A stretch of 62,583 nt of DNA, filler included, from Globobulimina sp. (GCA_003354225.1; 24 parts of 24 records of this genome joined end to end with filler, not necessarily neighbours in it); one strand, 5' to 3'; positions 1 through 12,311 are shown, counted from the whole stretch's first letter. A program made the numbers and translations. Notes: generated by a model from the letters alone, not told the origin.

Positions 1-95
1 ATAAAAATGGAAATAAATCCTAATTATCCGATAAAAATATAGCAGAAAGCCCAGGAACTCCCTCTTCCGATGACTCATCGGATGATGATGATGAT

Positions 96-1085
96 ATGAA
101 GGATAATAATAATCAATTAATACAAGCAGCAGAGACTGAATATAAGCACCAAAATGAGAATAAAGAAAATGAAAATCGTTCCAATAACAATAATATTAAT
201 GAGGAACCTGTGATAATACCTGTGAAGAAAATGAAAATCGTTCCAATTAATACCTGTGATAATAATATTAATGAGGAACCGAGAGATAAGTCGTTGACAA
301 TGGCTATGGAAATATCACCGATGGCAATAAAATTTCGTGTTTTTGGCACCGATGACAATAAATATATGATCACGACTGCAAAACAAATACGTTATCCTCA
401 ACTAACACCATATCAGGCATATATGAACAAAGCTAAACATAAACGAAAACATAAACGAAAACACAAAAGAAAACGTAAACAGCAAAGTTCGGTATTATCT
501 GAATCCGTATTGTCTGAATCCGCATTGTCTGAATCCATACCGTCATTTTCATCAAATTATGATGATAACAATAACAATAAAAACTGTTGGAAATTTAATT
601 TATGCGTAGAAGAAGCATTTGATACAGAAACAGCCAAAGCTGGCGATGTCATACCAATGGTATCAGTGAGTATATCGGCACCAAAATTGGATGTTATTTG
701 TAGAGGGAAGGAAATGATATGGTTTCAAAGAGAGAATGAAACCGCCACAAAGTATGTTAATTGTATTAAAGAAGTTGATATTGATTCATTGGACAGTAGC
801 TGTAAGGAATCGGTTGATATAGAATGGATATCTGACGTTGCAGAAAGGGAAAAACAACATATTGACTCATTTACACATGAATTGTATAAACAGAACGCTG
901 TATTTATTAATCCAAATATTGTGAATGGTGCATTTATTGTTGGATTGCGAGTATTGGGGGTTTGTCAATCATTTAATGGAAATAAAACAATTAAAGCAGT
1001 AATTGTTACAATACCGATACCTAAAGCTGACACATCAAAACCATCACCATCAGCACCAGCACCAGCTGCGATTGTCCCATTGTAA
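96..1085 (+). CDS. Hypothetical protein with basic KHKR repeat (NLS-like); 5' end uncertain
   Basis: 329-aa ORF, frame open from about 24; internal NNINEEP and VLSES repeats; no family recognised. Confidence 0.6.
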   Translation: MKDNNNQLIQAAETEYKHQNENKENENRSNNNNINEEPVIIPVKKMKIVPINTCDNNINEEPRDKSLTMAMEISPMAIKFRVFGTDDNKYMITTAKQIRYPQLTPYQAYMNKAKHKRKHKRKHKRKRKQQSSVLSESVLSESALSESIPSFSSNYDDNNNNKNCWKFNLCVEEAFDTETAKAGDVIPMVSVSISAPKLDVICRGKEMIWFQRENETATKYVNCIKEVDIDSLDSSCKESVDIEWISDVAEREKQHIDSFTHELYKQNAVFINPNIVNGAFIVGLRVLGVCQSFNGNKTIKAVIVTIPIPKADTSKPSPSAPAPAAIVPL

Positions 1086-1361
1086 TATAAAATTGTTGCA
1101 CTCATAATTTTATTATGTTATTAATTATTTTTTTTATTAAAACTCTGCAAGGATGTCACTGAGCGCAATGCAATAAATTGTAACAAAGATACTTAAGATA
1201 GTCTCGATTAGAGGATTTTGTTTTGGACACAGTTTTTGTTGGTAGCTAAATTTAGCATTCTAAGTATAAATGTGTATGTATTTTATATATTTAAGCTGTT
1301 ATATACATTTATTAATTCATTGTGTGTGTATATGCGTGAATGTGCTGGTTGGAGCTAACGG

Positions 1362-2483
1362 TTAGTTTTGTGTAATATTATTTGGATTAACGTTAACATC
1401 ATTATCATCTGTTGTACCTTCACTATCCTCTACAATGTAACGACCGTTCACTTCCACTTCTCCTTCCACCATATTATTGATATTAGCTAATTCCACACCT
1501 TCACCCTTTACAATTGGTACCTGTTTATTATCAACTTTGTTTTTGTTCGCTACAATTCCCTTTGTTTGCATCTGCAATCCTTGTTTACCTTCAATGTTCT
1601 CTGTATTATCGTTTCCCATTTTGCATAATTTTATGATAACAATACCACAAAAACAACAAAGACAAAAACCAATGATAGAACCTCCACAATACAATATCAA
1701 CATAAATGTTCCATTATCATATGCATTGTCTACGCTTTCTGCAGAATTTGTAACATTTAATGTTGAGATAGCATCAATTAATGCGATTTCTTCCGTTGCT
1801 GATAATATCGACGATGTAGTGATATTTAGTCTTGAATCAAGTGTTGGGTTTGGTGTTGGTGTTGGGTTAACTGTCGGCGTTAATGTAGGCTGCAATGTTG
1901 ACCATGGTGCTGAGGTAGTTTTTAGTGTTGGACTCACTGTTGGGTTTAAGCTCGGTGTTACTGTAGGTTTTAATGTTGGAGATGAAGTTGGATTTGATGT
2001 CGGAGTAGAAGTTGAGGAAGGGTTTGAAGTAGGGTTTGATGTTGGGTTTGATGTTGGTTTTACGGTTGGAGATGAAGTAGGATTTGGTGTTGGTTTTACT
2101 GTTGGATGCAATGTGGGATATATTGTCGGATACAATATGGGATTTGTTGTTGGATATATTGTCGGATACAATGTGGGATTTGTTGTTGGTATATCTAAGC
2201 AATAACAGACACAGTATGTGGAGCATCTAGCGGTTCCAGTCAAAGGTATTAATGTCCCATCAGATGCTCTATCGTTACATATTTGCGTTGAAGGACAATT
2301 GGAGGTTCTGCTACATTCTGTTGCCCCATTAATTGCCTTTAGAAACAGTTATAAAAATATTATCTCAGAATATGTACAAATTGTAGAAACGAATATATAT
2401 ACCATATTACATGTATTTGCATTGCATATATATCCTCCATCCCATATGGAGTTTACGCATGATGCCTCACCCAATGTCAGAAG
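1362..2483 (-). CDS. Type I membrane protein: Cys-rich domain, Pro/Thr mucin-like stalk, one TM helix (5' partial)
   Basis: PTxxPT repeats; TM ILYCGGSIIGFCLCCFCGIVII; GT-AG intron 2337-2402 joins an upstream Cys-rich exon in frame. Confidence 0.8.
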
Positions 2484-2514
2484 CTAGCAATTGTGAATTC
2501 AAAATCAAACTCAA

Positions 2515-2614
2515 NNNNNNNNNNNNNNNNNNNNNNNNNNNNNNNNNNNNNNNNNNNNTTAATTAATTAANNNNNNNNNNNNNNNNNNNNNNNNNNNNNN
2601 NNNNNNNNNNNNNN
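2515..2614. other. Artificial contig spacer (first of 23)
   Basis: N44-TTAATTAATTAA-N44 (stops in all six frames). It recurs at 5128, 7741, 10354, 12967, 15580, 18193, 20806, 23418, 26030, 28642, 31254, 33865, 36476, 39087, 41698, 44309, 46920, 49531, 52142, 54753, 57364 and 59974. Confidence 0.99.
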
Positions 2615-3115
2615 AAAAAAAAAAAAAAAAAAAAGTAAACAAAAAACCTAAAATAGAACTGAGAACACAAAATAATAATAAAAATTATTAACAATTGGGT
2701 ATAAAAAAAATATTTTTGAAATTAGCGCTATCACTTTTTTTAATGTGATACCACGGTGAACATGAACAGGGGTGGAATCCACGAGGAGAATAACCCGCAA
2801 ATTAGGTATATTTTGATTTCCTCTGTCATCCATTTCCTGTTTTTAAAAATTAAACAAAAACAAAAACGAAAAAATAACTATTTTTTTTGACTGTAGATTG
2901 GATGATGTTTTTTGGAATGGGCCTATGTAGTATGTACATGTTATAATATATACATGTTATAATATAATATAATAATTATTACTTACATTCAATCCACTTT
3001 TCGATGCATACCGCTTTTCACAAATTTTACATGAATATGGTTTGACCCCAGCTGATATTAATTATATTATCATAATATTATGTAGTTTGTTATTGTATAT
3101 ATTGCTCTGTATATA

Positions 3116-3787
3116 TTATATAATATGTACTAAACTATGTATTCTTGTATGAACAACCATATTATATTTTACTTTAAATCTTCTTGTACAATAATTACAG
3201 GAATATGGTTTTTCACCGGTATGCGTTCGAATATGGTCCTTTAAAGAATGCGATTGTTTAAATGTGTGATTACAATATACACATTGATAACTTTTCCCAT
3301 CAACTGCTTTATTGTTTGATTTACGATTTGATTTATGATTTGATTGATAATTTGATTGATGAGTATCAGGAGTATCAACACCAACATGTACATCAACAGA
3401 ATATGATATTTGATTTAATTGTTTTTGTAAATCATCAAAAGATAATATTTGTTGACGTCGACCGCTATCATTGTTGGTATTATTATAATTAATATTAATA
3501 TTAAATGCATTATTTCCATTGACATTCACTCCATTAATATTTTGAGTTAATGCTTGTAAAAGGAGTACTTGGTTTTGTTGTTGAGTCACAAATTGTTGAT
3601 ACTGATTATATTGTTGATATTGTTGAATTGGGATTGATATTGAAGGTATAGCTGCTTGTATTGATGGAATTAAATGATATTGTCCCTGTTGTACAGGTTG
3701 AAAAGGTAATGTCTGGATATTTATGAAAGGTTGAGTTGTTTTTGTGGCAATTGAATTATTCCCATTTATTACATATATTTGTTGCAT
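3116..3787 (-). CDS. C2H2 zinc-finger transcription factor with Q/N-rich N-terminus
   Basis: YQCVYCNHTFKQSHSLKDHIRTH-TGEKPY-SCNYCTRRF...HTRIH; canonical Kruppel linker. Confidence 0.92.
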   Translation of the reverse strand: MQQIYVINGNNSIATKTTQPFINIQTLPFQPVQQGQYHLIPSIQAAIPSISIPIQQYQQYNQYQQFVTQQQNQVLLLQALTQNINGVNVNGNNAFNININYNNTNNDSGRRQQILSFDDLQKQLNQISYSVDVHVGVDTPDTHQSNYQSNHKSNRKSNNKAVDGKSYQCVYCNHTFKQSHSLKDHIRTHTGEKPYSCNYCTRRFKVKYNMVVHTRIHSLVHII

Positions 3788-3902
3788 ATCTCCAGATGAC
3801 TAAAAAAGGGATTGCAAGGATCATGGACAAAAACACCTCAACTCGACAAAAACCTTACTTTACTTCTTCATACGTTTAGTTAAATACAAATTTCCTGTTA
3901 CT

Positions 3903-5127
3903 ATGATGCAAGAGCAATTAGTAACAACCTCTGAGTTTGGGGAATCAAATTACGGTAAATCTTTTGTTTAATTGCATGCAGCTTTTTTTTTTATTATTCA
4001 TCACTCGATAAACAGGTAAAAGATTGGATTACGGACAACCAAAATACAGAGATCCAATATTTGCAATATTATATATAATTCATGTAATTATGGTGATCGG
4101 AGTAGGAATATATCTTTGGACATCGCAGTATCCAAACATCTCCGACTCAAATAACGATACCAGTTTAAAAATATCATTTAATGTCACTGGTGTTATTGTT
4201 GGTATTGTAGTATGTATGATTGTTGGTGTATTATTTGGTATTTTATGGTTACATATTATGAAAAAATTTGCAGAAATTATCATTAAATCAATGCTATTTT
4301 TTAATATTGGAATGTGGCTAATTGTTAGTATTGTTGGTGTAATTGCTAATGTATTAGCTTTAGCTGTTATTGGTGCGATAATGGCGGCTATTTATGGTTT
4401 ATGGACATGGTATGTATGCGATTATGCGTTGACGAATGATATAAATTTAATATAAATAATATATAGGTGCATTTGGAGAAGAATTCCTTTCGCATCGGTA
4501 TTATTAAGCATTTCATCAACGATAATAAGCAAATATCAAGGAACGATATTTATTTCATTAGCAGTAATTATATTTAATATTTGTTGGATACTGATATGGG
4601 GTTCGTGTGTTGCTGCATATTTAATGGTAAGTACCAAAGAAACATGTCAAGCACCGCCAGATCAAGATGTTTGTGAGACATCTTCACCAAATAATATTGT
4701 GATATTTATTCTATTAATATCAATGTATTGGGGGTTTCAAGTGAATAAAAATGTATCACATACAACTACGTGCGGTGTAGCAGGTTCGTATGTTTTATTT
4801 TATGTTTTTTTTTTATATTTTATTGTGTGTGTCATTGCTAATAAGCTACTTGGTATTTTTCCAGTGTTATGGATGGCAAACCTACGCCGGCCGCATTTAA
4901 AAGAACTATGACCACTTCGTTTGGTTCTGTATGTTTAGGTTCATTGATTGTTGCCTTTTTGCAAGCTGTCCGAGCTATGTTAAGATCCAGCAAAAATTCA
5001 AGAAATATGTATGTATTTATACAGTGCCTATATCCGTTTATACATTAATAATATTATATAGTTTGGCATGTATTGCATTGTGTTTATTGGGATGTATTGA
5101 GAGATTGATTCGTTATTTTAACAAATA
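3903..5127 (+). CDS. Choline transporter-like protein (CTL/SLC44/Pns1 family), 3' partial
   Basis: Motifs KYRDPIFAILY, RRIPFASVLL, HTTTCGVA..W, RTMTTSFGSVCLGSLIVA, IERLIRYFNK; GT-AG introns at about 3955-4015, 4410-4466 and 4783-4845, plus one near 5010-5060. Confidence 0.88.
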
Positions 5128-5227
5128 NNNNNNNNNNNNNNNNNNNNNNNNNNNNNNNNNNNNNNNNNNNNTTAATTAATTAANNNNNNNNNNNNNNNNN
5201 NNNNNNNNNNNNNNNNNNNNNNNNNNN

Positions 5228-6074
5228 ATCGTTAAAATTAACACATAAAGATAAACCTTGCAAATTGTTAAATATTTCATTTCTAAATTTTTCATTATCA
5301 AAAATTGATTGAAAGTTTTGTATCTCAAATGGTCCATTCTCCACACAACCAAATTCGAAAAATTTTAGATTTTTGAAACATTTTAACAAATCACAAAATG
5401 TTTCATGATTACTTTGGGTGTATGTACAAAGGAAAAGTTTTTCAATTTTATCATAATTGAAACATTTCATATTCAAAAAATTCTTTATTCCATTTGTATT
5501 TGCTTCGAATTCAGATAAAGACAATGATTTTGTATCTTGTGATAATGGTAAATTATGAATTGATTTCATTTCTGAAATAGAATTGACATTAATTGCAAAA
5601 TGATTTACCTTTTTATATTTTAATAATTGTAAATGTTGTTTGGATTTAATTTATAAATTTTGCCAAATATATCTTCATCAATTGTTGTCACTGTATTTGG
5701 ATCATTACATCCAATAAATACAGATCTTGATACATTTTGGAATGAATTATATTCAATAAATGGTAAATACGACGCACATTCACCAATAAGCGCAAATGGT
5801 AAATTATTTAATGATAATGTTGTTGGCTCTTTTTTTGATTCAATTTCTTTTATAATTGTTTTGGATTTCTTGCTCGAATTATTTTTGAGATAATTTGTAT
5901 AGTTTCTGTTAATTTTATATTATTTGCATCGTTTTTCATTTGTGCATGAAATGAATGAAATAATCCGTTTAAAAGCACGCTTCTCGTATCTAAAGGTACG
6001 TTTTTGATAAATAAATCAAACTCATTTTGTAACAATGAATCAGCGAGTAACAGAAACTTAATTAGTTGTTCCAT
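5228..6074 (-). pseudogene. F-box-like/LRR family gene with a 2-nt frameshift near 5851 (3' partial)
   Basis: LNNLPFALIGECASYL...SRSVFIGCN resembles IDQLPCQLIGAIGSYL...NRQIYSSCN of the 13423-15151 gene; the frame breaks at KQL*. Confidence 0.7.
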
Positions 6075-6400
6075 GGTTAGAAAATAAAAAATAGACACTA
6101 ACCTAAGCAGTCAGTCCACAAAAAACATTCTTTCTGAGTAGTTGACTATGATTTCGTTTCTTGGAAAGATGGAGTTCTCACTATATTATTGAGAAAGCAC
6201 ATTAGAGAATGTCCAACTAAGCGTTTTTTAAAACCGTTACATTTAAAGTCTACTTATGTCTAAGAGGATTGCTTGCCAGCAGCGTGGATTAATAAATAGT
6301 CCTCTCTCTATTGCCTCTACTGTCTCGCCATATGGTTTATAATTCATTTAAAAAATAAACCTCCACCTAGAAAATGGTAAATGGTAACTACAACAGGAAT

Positions 6401-6467
6401 GGTCGCATAGCTCAAGCAGAGCACTGGATCAATCCAGAAGATACATGTTCGAATCATGTGGCGACAG
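6401..6467 (+). pseudogene. tRNA-like cloverleaf (tRNA pseudogene or SINE head) with shortened anticodon loop
   Basis: Acceptor GTCGC/GCGAC; D-arm GCTC-AAGCA-GAGC; anticodon stem CTGGA-TCAA-TCCAG; variable AAGAT; T-arm ACATG-TTCGAAT-CATGT. Confidence 0.75.
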
Positions 6468-6745
6468 CAAATCATCATGTAATGGATTTCGATTTTATGG
6501 AATGAAAAAATGATACAACACCACCATTGAAGAAATGATACAACAAATGAATTTTGTGGTGTTAGAACGCAGTTAAATGGAGCAATATTTAGCAATGAAT
6601 AAAATGAGCTGCGTTTCGTAATTTTTATAGCAAGTAATGATCGAATTAGGACAGATTAGGACAAACACAATTGAAATATAATTGCCCTTTAATTCTACAA
6701 AACTCCATAATTTTAAAATGAAACAACAACAGTTCTTTTTTTTAT

Positions 6746-7198
6746 TTATTTATGACAATTACCAGTAGTGAAACGCTTGTAATCAATTTCTAAAACTCGT
6801 AAATCAGCATTTGGGATTGGGAGATAACATTTAATGGTCTTTCCATCATCAGTGCAGTTGAGGTCTTTATGTAATGGTTCTGAATCGTGAGTATCGAACA
6901 CGTCACAGGTCATTTGTTGTGGTGCTGAAGGTGATGATGGTTGCAGTGCTCGAGGTGTTTGAGGTAATTGTTTCTCTTCCGAAACTTCGATAGCAACTTG
7001 TGGAATTCCAAACTTTTTTTTGCTAGCAACTTGTGGAATTCCAAACTCTTTTTTCAAAGCTGACAACTCGCGGTCAGCTTGGGACCAAAGTTCGGCAGAT
7101 GTTTCTAATAAATAACGATTTTGTAATACATAATTTACTTGTTTGGATGCAAATAATATGATCACTGCAATCATACTGATTACAGATAAAATTATCAT
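6746..7198 (-). CDS. Hypothetical protein with N-terminal signal/anchor and duplicated KKxFGIPQVA
   Basis: Hydrophobic MIILSVISMIAVIILFAS; Cys-containing C-terminus. Confidence 0.55.
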   Translation of the reverse strand: MIILSVISMIAVIILFASKQVNYVLQNRYLLETSAELWSQADRELSALKKEFGIPQVASKKKFGIPQVAIEVSEEKQLPQTPRALQPSSPSAPQQMTCDVFDTHDSEPLHKDLNCTDDGKTIKCYLPIPNADLRVLEIDYKRFTTGNCHK

Positions 7199-7415
7199 TG
7201 TATTTTGTTTGAGAGTCCATTTGATTGCTAATTTGTTTTGTTTATTGGTATTATAAAGCATCTTTCAATTCTTCCTTGTGGAATGTTAGCTTGATAAAGT
7301 TCTGCTGTAGCGTTTTTTTGGTTTTGCTTGTAGATTGTGAGAGAAAGCTCTAATTATAGAATTATACAAAAGAAATATATTATAGTAGCTGACAGAGATA
7401 AATATATTATAGTAG

Positions 7416-7555
7416 CAATAAATGGTAAATACGACGCACATTCACAAATAAATGCAAATGGTAAATTATTTAATGATAATGTTGTTGTTCTTTTAATTGT
7501 TTTGGATTTCTTGCTCGAATTATTTTTGAGATAATTTGTATAATGAATCAGCGAG
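7416..7555 (-). repeat. Internally deleted direct copy of part of the 5228-6074 gene
   Basis: Near-identity to about 5754-5901, then jumps to AATGAATCAGCGAG (about 6034-6047). Confidence 0.9.
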
Positions 7556-7704
7556 ATAATTATATGCAGCATTCTGTTCGTTACTATTTGAAGAGCTGAT
7601 TTTCAATCCAGACACAACAACGTCTGCTGCAGAAACATCCGGTTGATTTTCTTGCAAATAGTAACTCGATTTTTTTTTTTGTTTTTTTTTAATTTTTTTC
7701 TATT

Positions 7705-7740
<36 letters not shown>

Positions 7741-7840
7741 NNNNNNNNNNNNNNNNNNNNNNNNNNNNNNNNNNNNNNNNNNNNTTAATTAATTAANNNN
7801 NNNNNNNNNNNNNNNNNNNNNNNNNNNNNNNNNNNNNNNN

Positions 7841-8306
7841 AATTAACTTTGGCAGTATAAAGCAGATAAATTCCAATCGGATTTATAGTTATACTGCGAA
7901 CAAAATGTTGCAATTATAAGCTGTTTTACATTTTTTTGAACGGAGTGCAAGGATAAAATGTATGGATATTTTAACCGGTCGCGATGATGATGTCTGGATC
8001 GATGATATGAAGTGTCTGTATCTCTGGATCTGTGTCGCGATGAGGAGCCTTTTTGTGTTATGTGTGAGTGTAAGGATCAGTGTAAGGATGGAAAATAGAG
8101 AGAGTACCATCGCGCTTTTTGCGTCGTTTTGAATCTTTTCTGGGCTCTTTTTTGTCTTTTTTGGTGGTTGAAGTATCGGTTGGTTTTAATTTTGATTTAT
8201 CATTCATTTGAACATCTTGCGTATGATTGCCGTTTGGATCATTGTGTTCTTGTTCTTGTTTGTTTTCATTTGATTCATTCTTTGCTTCTTTGTGAGTTTC
8301 TGCCAT
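7841..8306 (-). CDS. Charged, Arg/Ser/His-rich protein, spliced, 3' partial
   Basis: Exon 1 MAETHKE...RRKKRD; GT-AG intron about 8049-8107; next exon SSSRHRSRDTDTSYHRSRHHHRD. Confidence 0.5.
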
Positions 8307-8718
8307 TATTCAAATATGTATTGTTTTGAGTGTATTATTTTGTGTTGAAGTGATTATTTATTATTTTGTGTTTATTCTAATTTGTAACAATAACAACCAA
8401 AAAAAAAAGACAAATTTATCAATGATTTTTTAATGCAAAGAATAATGGTTAATATCTGCCAAAGTTCAAGCGTATATAATGTAATGATATGGAACGTAAC
8501 AATAAATGTTTAATAATACTGATGTGGCAGTATTGTTTCTTTTTTCAGTGAAATTTGAAGTAGATTTTTGCATGCAAAAACTTCAAAATGTTCAAATTAT
8601 GTCGTTAGGATGATTTTAAAATATGATAATTACAGAATTATTGAAATATGTTAGGTGACACAATCTAAGTTTTTTAGTATTGGTATAATATACTAAAATG
8701 GAATTGTAATTTATTGAA

Positions 8719-9395
8719 TTATTGTTGTTTTTTAAATGCTGATTGTATTTGGTCTTTAAACACATAGCCAATGACTGTTCCAATTCCAAATGTAAGCAAA
8801 TATTTCATTGGGCAATTTGCTGATGCAGTCTTTGCAGTGTTTTGATTGTTTTTACCATATTTTACTTTAATTGTTTGTGTTAATTCCTGTAGGGACTTAG
8901 GTGTTGAATCTAACTCAAATTCCTGGCTCATATTATCCAAAATCATATCAGTATTTTGCTGAGAGACCATATCTTTAACAGAAGTAATGGTTTTTGCTCG
9001 CCACTGTTTTCTATCTTGTTTCATTTCTTGCATAGTCAGCTGCGATTGGGATATTTTCATATTTAATTCTTTATTTATTCTCTGTTGTTCATCGATTTTA
9101 TTTTGTTTTTCATGAAGTTCATCTTGAAATTGCTGTAATATATGTTTATTAAATAAATAATAAATGCATGAATTAAACAACAAACCGCAAAAACGTCTGC
9201 AATTTCTTTTTGAAAACTTTTGTTTAATGTCGATGTGTCATAATTAAATACTTCACTAATATCACGACGATGTGAGGTATTCACTGTTTCTTCTTCATCA
9301 GATTCATCTGCGTCATTATGCCTTATTACAGTTGTTGAAATATCGCGCTGGTGATCTGAGACTATCGCGTCAACGGACAAAGTATGTTGTTCCAT
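8719..9395 (-). CDS. Tail-anchored coiled-coil protein
   Basis: Intron 9133-9185 joins the two listed ORFs in frame; C-terminal TM YLLTFGIGTVIGYVF. Confidence 0.7.
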
Positions 9396-9446
9396 GATAT
9401 GAGTGGTAAAGTTTTGACTCAAATAAATAAAAATGAACAAATAAAC

Positions 9447-10112
9447 ATGTCGTCGGAAAGATGTAAACTTGGATGCTTATTATGTTGTGAATACAATTGG
9501 AATCGAATGAAATATTATGTGTTGATATCAGTCATCACAATTTGTATTATGATCGGTGTTGATTATGGTCTTAGAAACGCAAACCATTGTTTTAATGCAT
9601 ACTATCTGTTTGCCCAATTATTTGACCCAAAGGGCTCATATCCATATCTTTGTTATCAACATGAAATTAATTATGCATTTGCTGTTGCCATGATTTTAAT
9701 GCTAACGTTTCATGCTTTATTTGCTATCATATTGTTTCATATTATTCAATCAATCTATTTTAAGCAAAAAAGAGTTGTATTAAACAAAAATAACAATAAA
9801 AACAGCGACAATAAAAATAAAGGTCTGCAAAATAAACCGTATAATTACCATCAGCCATTCCATCAAAATAAAGATGAACTTGAATCAAGAAAAAAACTAA
9901 AATCAACTGAGCAAACGGCAGATGTTGTCGATGGAAAATCCAGTGATGCGACGGATGAAACTGACTATGATATTTCAACTGTTTCTGATCAAATGTCACC
10001 ATCTCAACCACAAAAAACTAAACCAATTCGAAAACAAAAACGTGAGAAATATGGATCACTTCAGCAGGATGACGGAGAGGATAATAGCATTGGAGTAGAA
10101 GGGACTTATTAA
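9447..10112 (+). CDS. Two-TM hypothetical membrane protein
   Basis: Two hydrophobic segments and a charged tail; likely start MSSERC at 9447. Confidence 0.6.
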   Translation: MSSERCKLGCLLCCEYNWNRMKYYVLISVITICIMIGVDYGLRNANHCFNAYYLFAQLFDPKGSYPYLCYQHEINYAFAVAMILMLTFHALFAIILFHIIQSIYFKQKRVVLNKNNNKNSDNKNKGLQNKPYNYHQPFHQNKDELESRKKLKSTEQTADVVDGKSSDATDETDYDISTVSDQMSPSQPQKTKPIRKQKREKYGSLQQDDGEDNSIGVEGTY

Positions 10113-10453
10113 TTGGTGAAAACGCAAAATATATAAATCCGTTCACAGAAAAAACCTTTCTATCGGCATAGCATTCACCTTTATGTTTTTGTTAATAATT
10201 GCTTTCGAAAAAAGTTTTTAAGCAAAACTCATCTTTGAGTGGTGAAAAAGCTAATGTCCATCCGTCGCAAGCTTAGCAATCCAGTGCATCCATCCGACAT
10301 AGTGAATCCGTTACAATCTACAATTTTATGCGAATACTACCTCTGGGTACGATNNNNNNNNNNNNNNNNNNNNNNNNNNNNNNNNNNNNNNNNNNNNTTA
10401 ATTAATTAANNNNNNNNNNNNNNNNNNNNNNNNNNNNNNNNNNNNNNNNNNNN

Positions 10454-11297
10454 CACCACATTTTTGAAAGGCTTGGTGCTGTTTTTTGCATTGGAGGTGG
10501 TTTTTATTTGCATATTGGCGCGGACCGCAAATAAATATATTCAACATAATGGATTATGTGTTGTTGTCGCCGCTGATTACATCCCGCCAGCCATTGCTTT
10601 AATTGATATCTGCTCAAATATATTGTGTTTATGGTTATTCTTTGCTAAAATGCGAAAATTATGGAAAATGGTAACCGCAATCTCGGACGATATCACTTCG
10701 AAAACTGTCGAATTGGCGTATATTATCCGGAAATTCACAGTGTTGACTGCATTTAGTGTGTGCAGTACGATATTATTAGGGGCCTCAGTCGCTGTCACAC
10801 CAATATTTTATACCATGTTGACCTTTGATTGTATCATTAATGTCGTATGTTTAGTGTTATTCGATAAACGCTTTGATTGTATTTATCAGACACTATGTTG
10901 TTGCTGTTCAAAAAGGATCAAATTTGATGAGATAATTAAAAAAATCAAATTCAAAAATACAAATACAAATAAAAATGCAAATACATATGGTGTTGTGGCA
11001 GACAATACAGCCGATACCAAATTGGAATTAGGCAAAGCTTCGCGTACTGCGGCAAAAGTGAGTGGGACGCACACCGCTCCTCCATACGCGCATAATGTTG
11101 CCGTGTCATATGATTTAACTGCGACCGGCACTGCCACTGCAAACACAAATGTTCAAACAAATTTAACCAAAACACAACAACTATCCGTTGTAGGTACAGC
11201 TGCGGAGGATATTGAGATATCTGCAAATGGATCAAAATCTGGACCATCATCTGATAACTATGCAATAGAAAATACTGTCACACCCTCACATTCATAA
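10454..11297 (+). CDS. Orphan 7TM/GPCR-like membrane protein (5' partial)
   Basis: TM pattern IDICSNILCLWLFFAKM...FDCIINVVCLVL...Y..LCCCC shared with the 20906, 37481 and 53567 ORFs. Confidence 0.7.
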
Positions 11298-11574
11298 TTG
11301 ACGCAAATTACATTTTATTTTGTATATTTTTGATATTTCCATTTAATATGTATTATAATTTTAAACTAGTCATTCAACGATATATCTCAGTGCCTCCCCA
11401 AGTAATAATGGTACACATGCGGTGTGTTATATTTTTAATACATCGTTGATTGAAATGTTTTTTTGGGAATTTGCCATTTGTTGTTTTGAAGTTTTTAATT
11501 ATTACACATAAAAAATCGTATTTTTAATCAAACCGTCTCAAGTCTCAACAGTACATTTTACAGACGCATTTACA

Positions 11575-12311
11575 ATGAAACGCTTTTTTGGAACAAAACA
11601 AAAACGAAAAGCAGATGGAAAGCCAGATCCAACACTAGACGATGTCTCAACTAATATGGAGAAAAGACAGGATGATTTAGAAAAAAAAATAACAAGATTA
11701 GAGCGGCAAATATTGGAATTAAAGAAAAAAATGAAAAAATCAAAAGGCGCCGCAAAAAATTCATATAAAAATAAAGCGCTTAAATTGTTAAAACAGAAAA
11801 AACAGTATGAACAACAACGGGATCGTATGATGGGACAACAAATGAATGTCGACAATGCCAAATATGCTCAGCAATCCATCAAAGATAATGCCGATATGGT
11901 ACCATGACTTCATATGTACTCATCCTTGCACTCAATACACATTATACGTTATGTACATAGGTGGTCGCAATGAAAGGCGCCGCGGTCCAATTAAAGCAAC
12001 AGTTTAAGGAAATAGATATCGACGAAGTGGAAGATTTGCAGGACGAGATGATGGATTTGATGGAGGATGCCAATGACATCAATGACATATTAGGCGAAGC
12101 GTGGGGAATGGATGACTTTGATGAGGATGATTTGTTGGATGAGTTGGATGGTTTAGACGATGAGTTGGATGATTTAGATATGAATGAAGACGATGTTCCG
12201 GCATATATGGTGTCTGCAAATGCCGCTGCAAATCAAAATGGATTAAAAGATAATAACTCCAATGTCGATGAATATGGATTACCAAAAGTACCTGAAAAAT
12301 TGATGAATTAA
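11575..12311 (+). CDS. CHMP5: ESCRT-III Snf7-family protein, CHMP5/Vps60
   Basis: MKRFFG..K...P.PTL.D, KALKLLKQKKQYEQQRD, IDIDEVEDLQDEMMDLME, VDEYGLP; intron 11899-11960. Confidence 0.9.

Noticed and set aside
1477..2205. 242-aa Val/Gly-rich plus-strand ORF (likewise 32407-32808 on the minus strand)
   Set aside because: Antisense shadow of Pro/Thr repeat coding sequence.
2559..2570. Periodic TTAATTAATTAA palindrome
   Set aside because: Artificial spacer core embedded in Ns.
7676..7740. Poly-T and poly-A tracts (also 2615-2634) as retroposon tails
   Set aside because: They sit at contig edges with no identifiable element; probably homopolymer assembly breaks.
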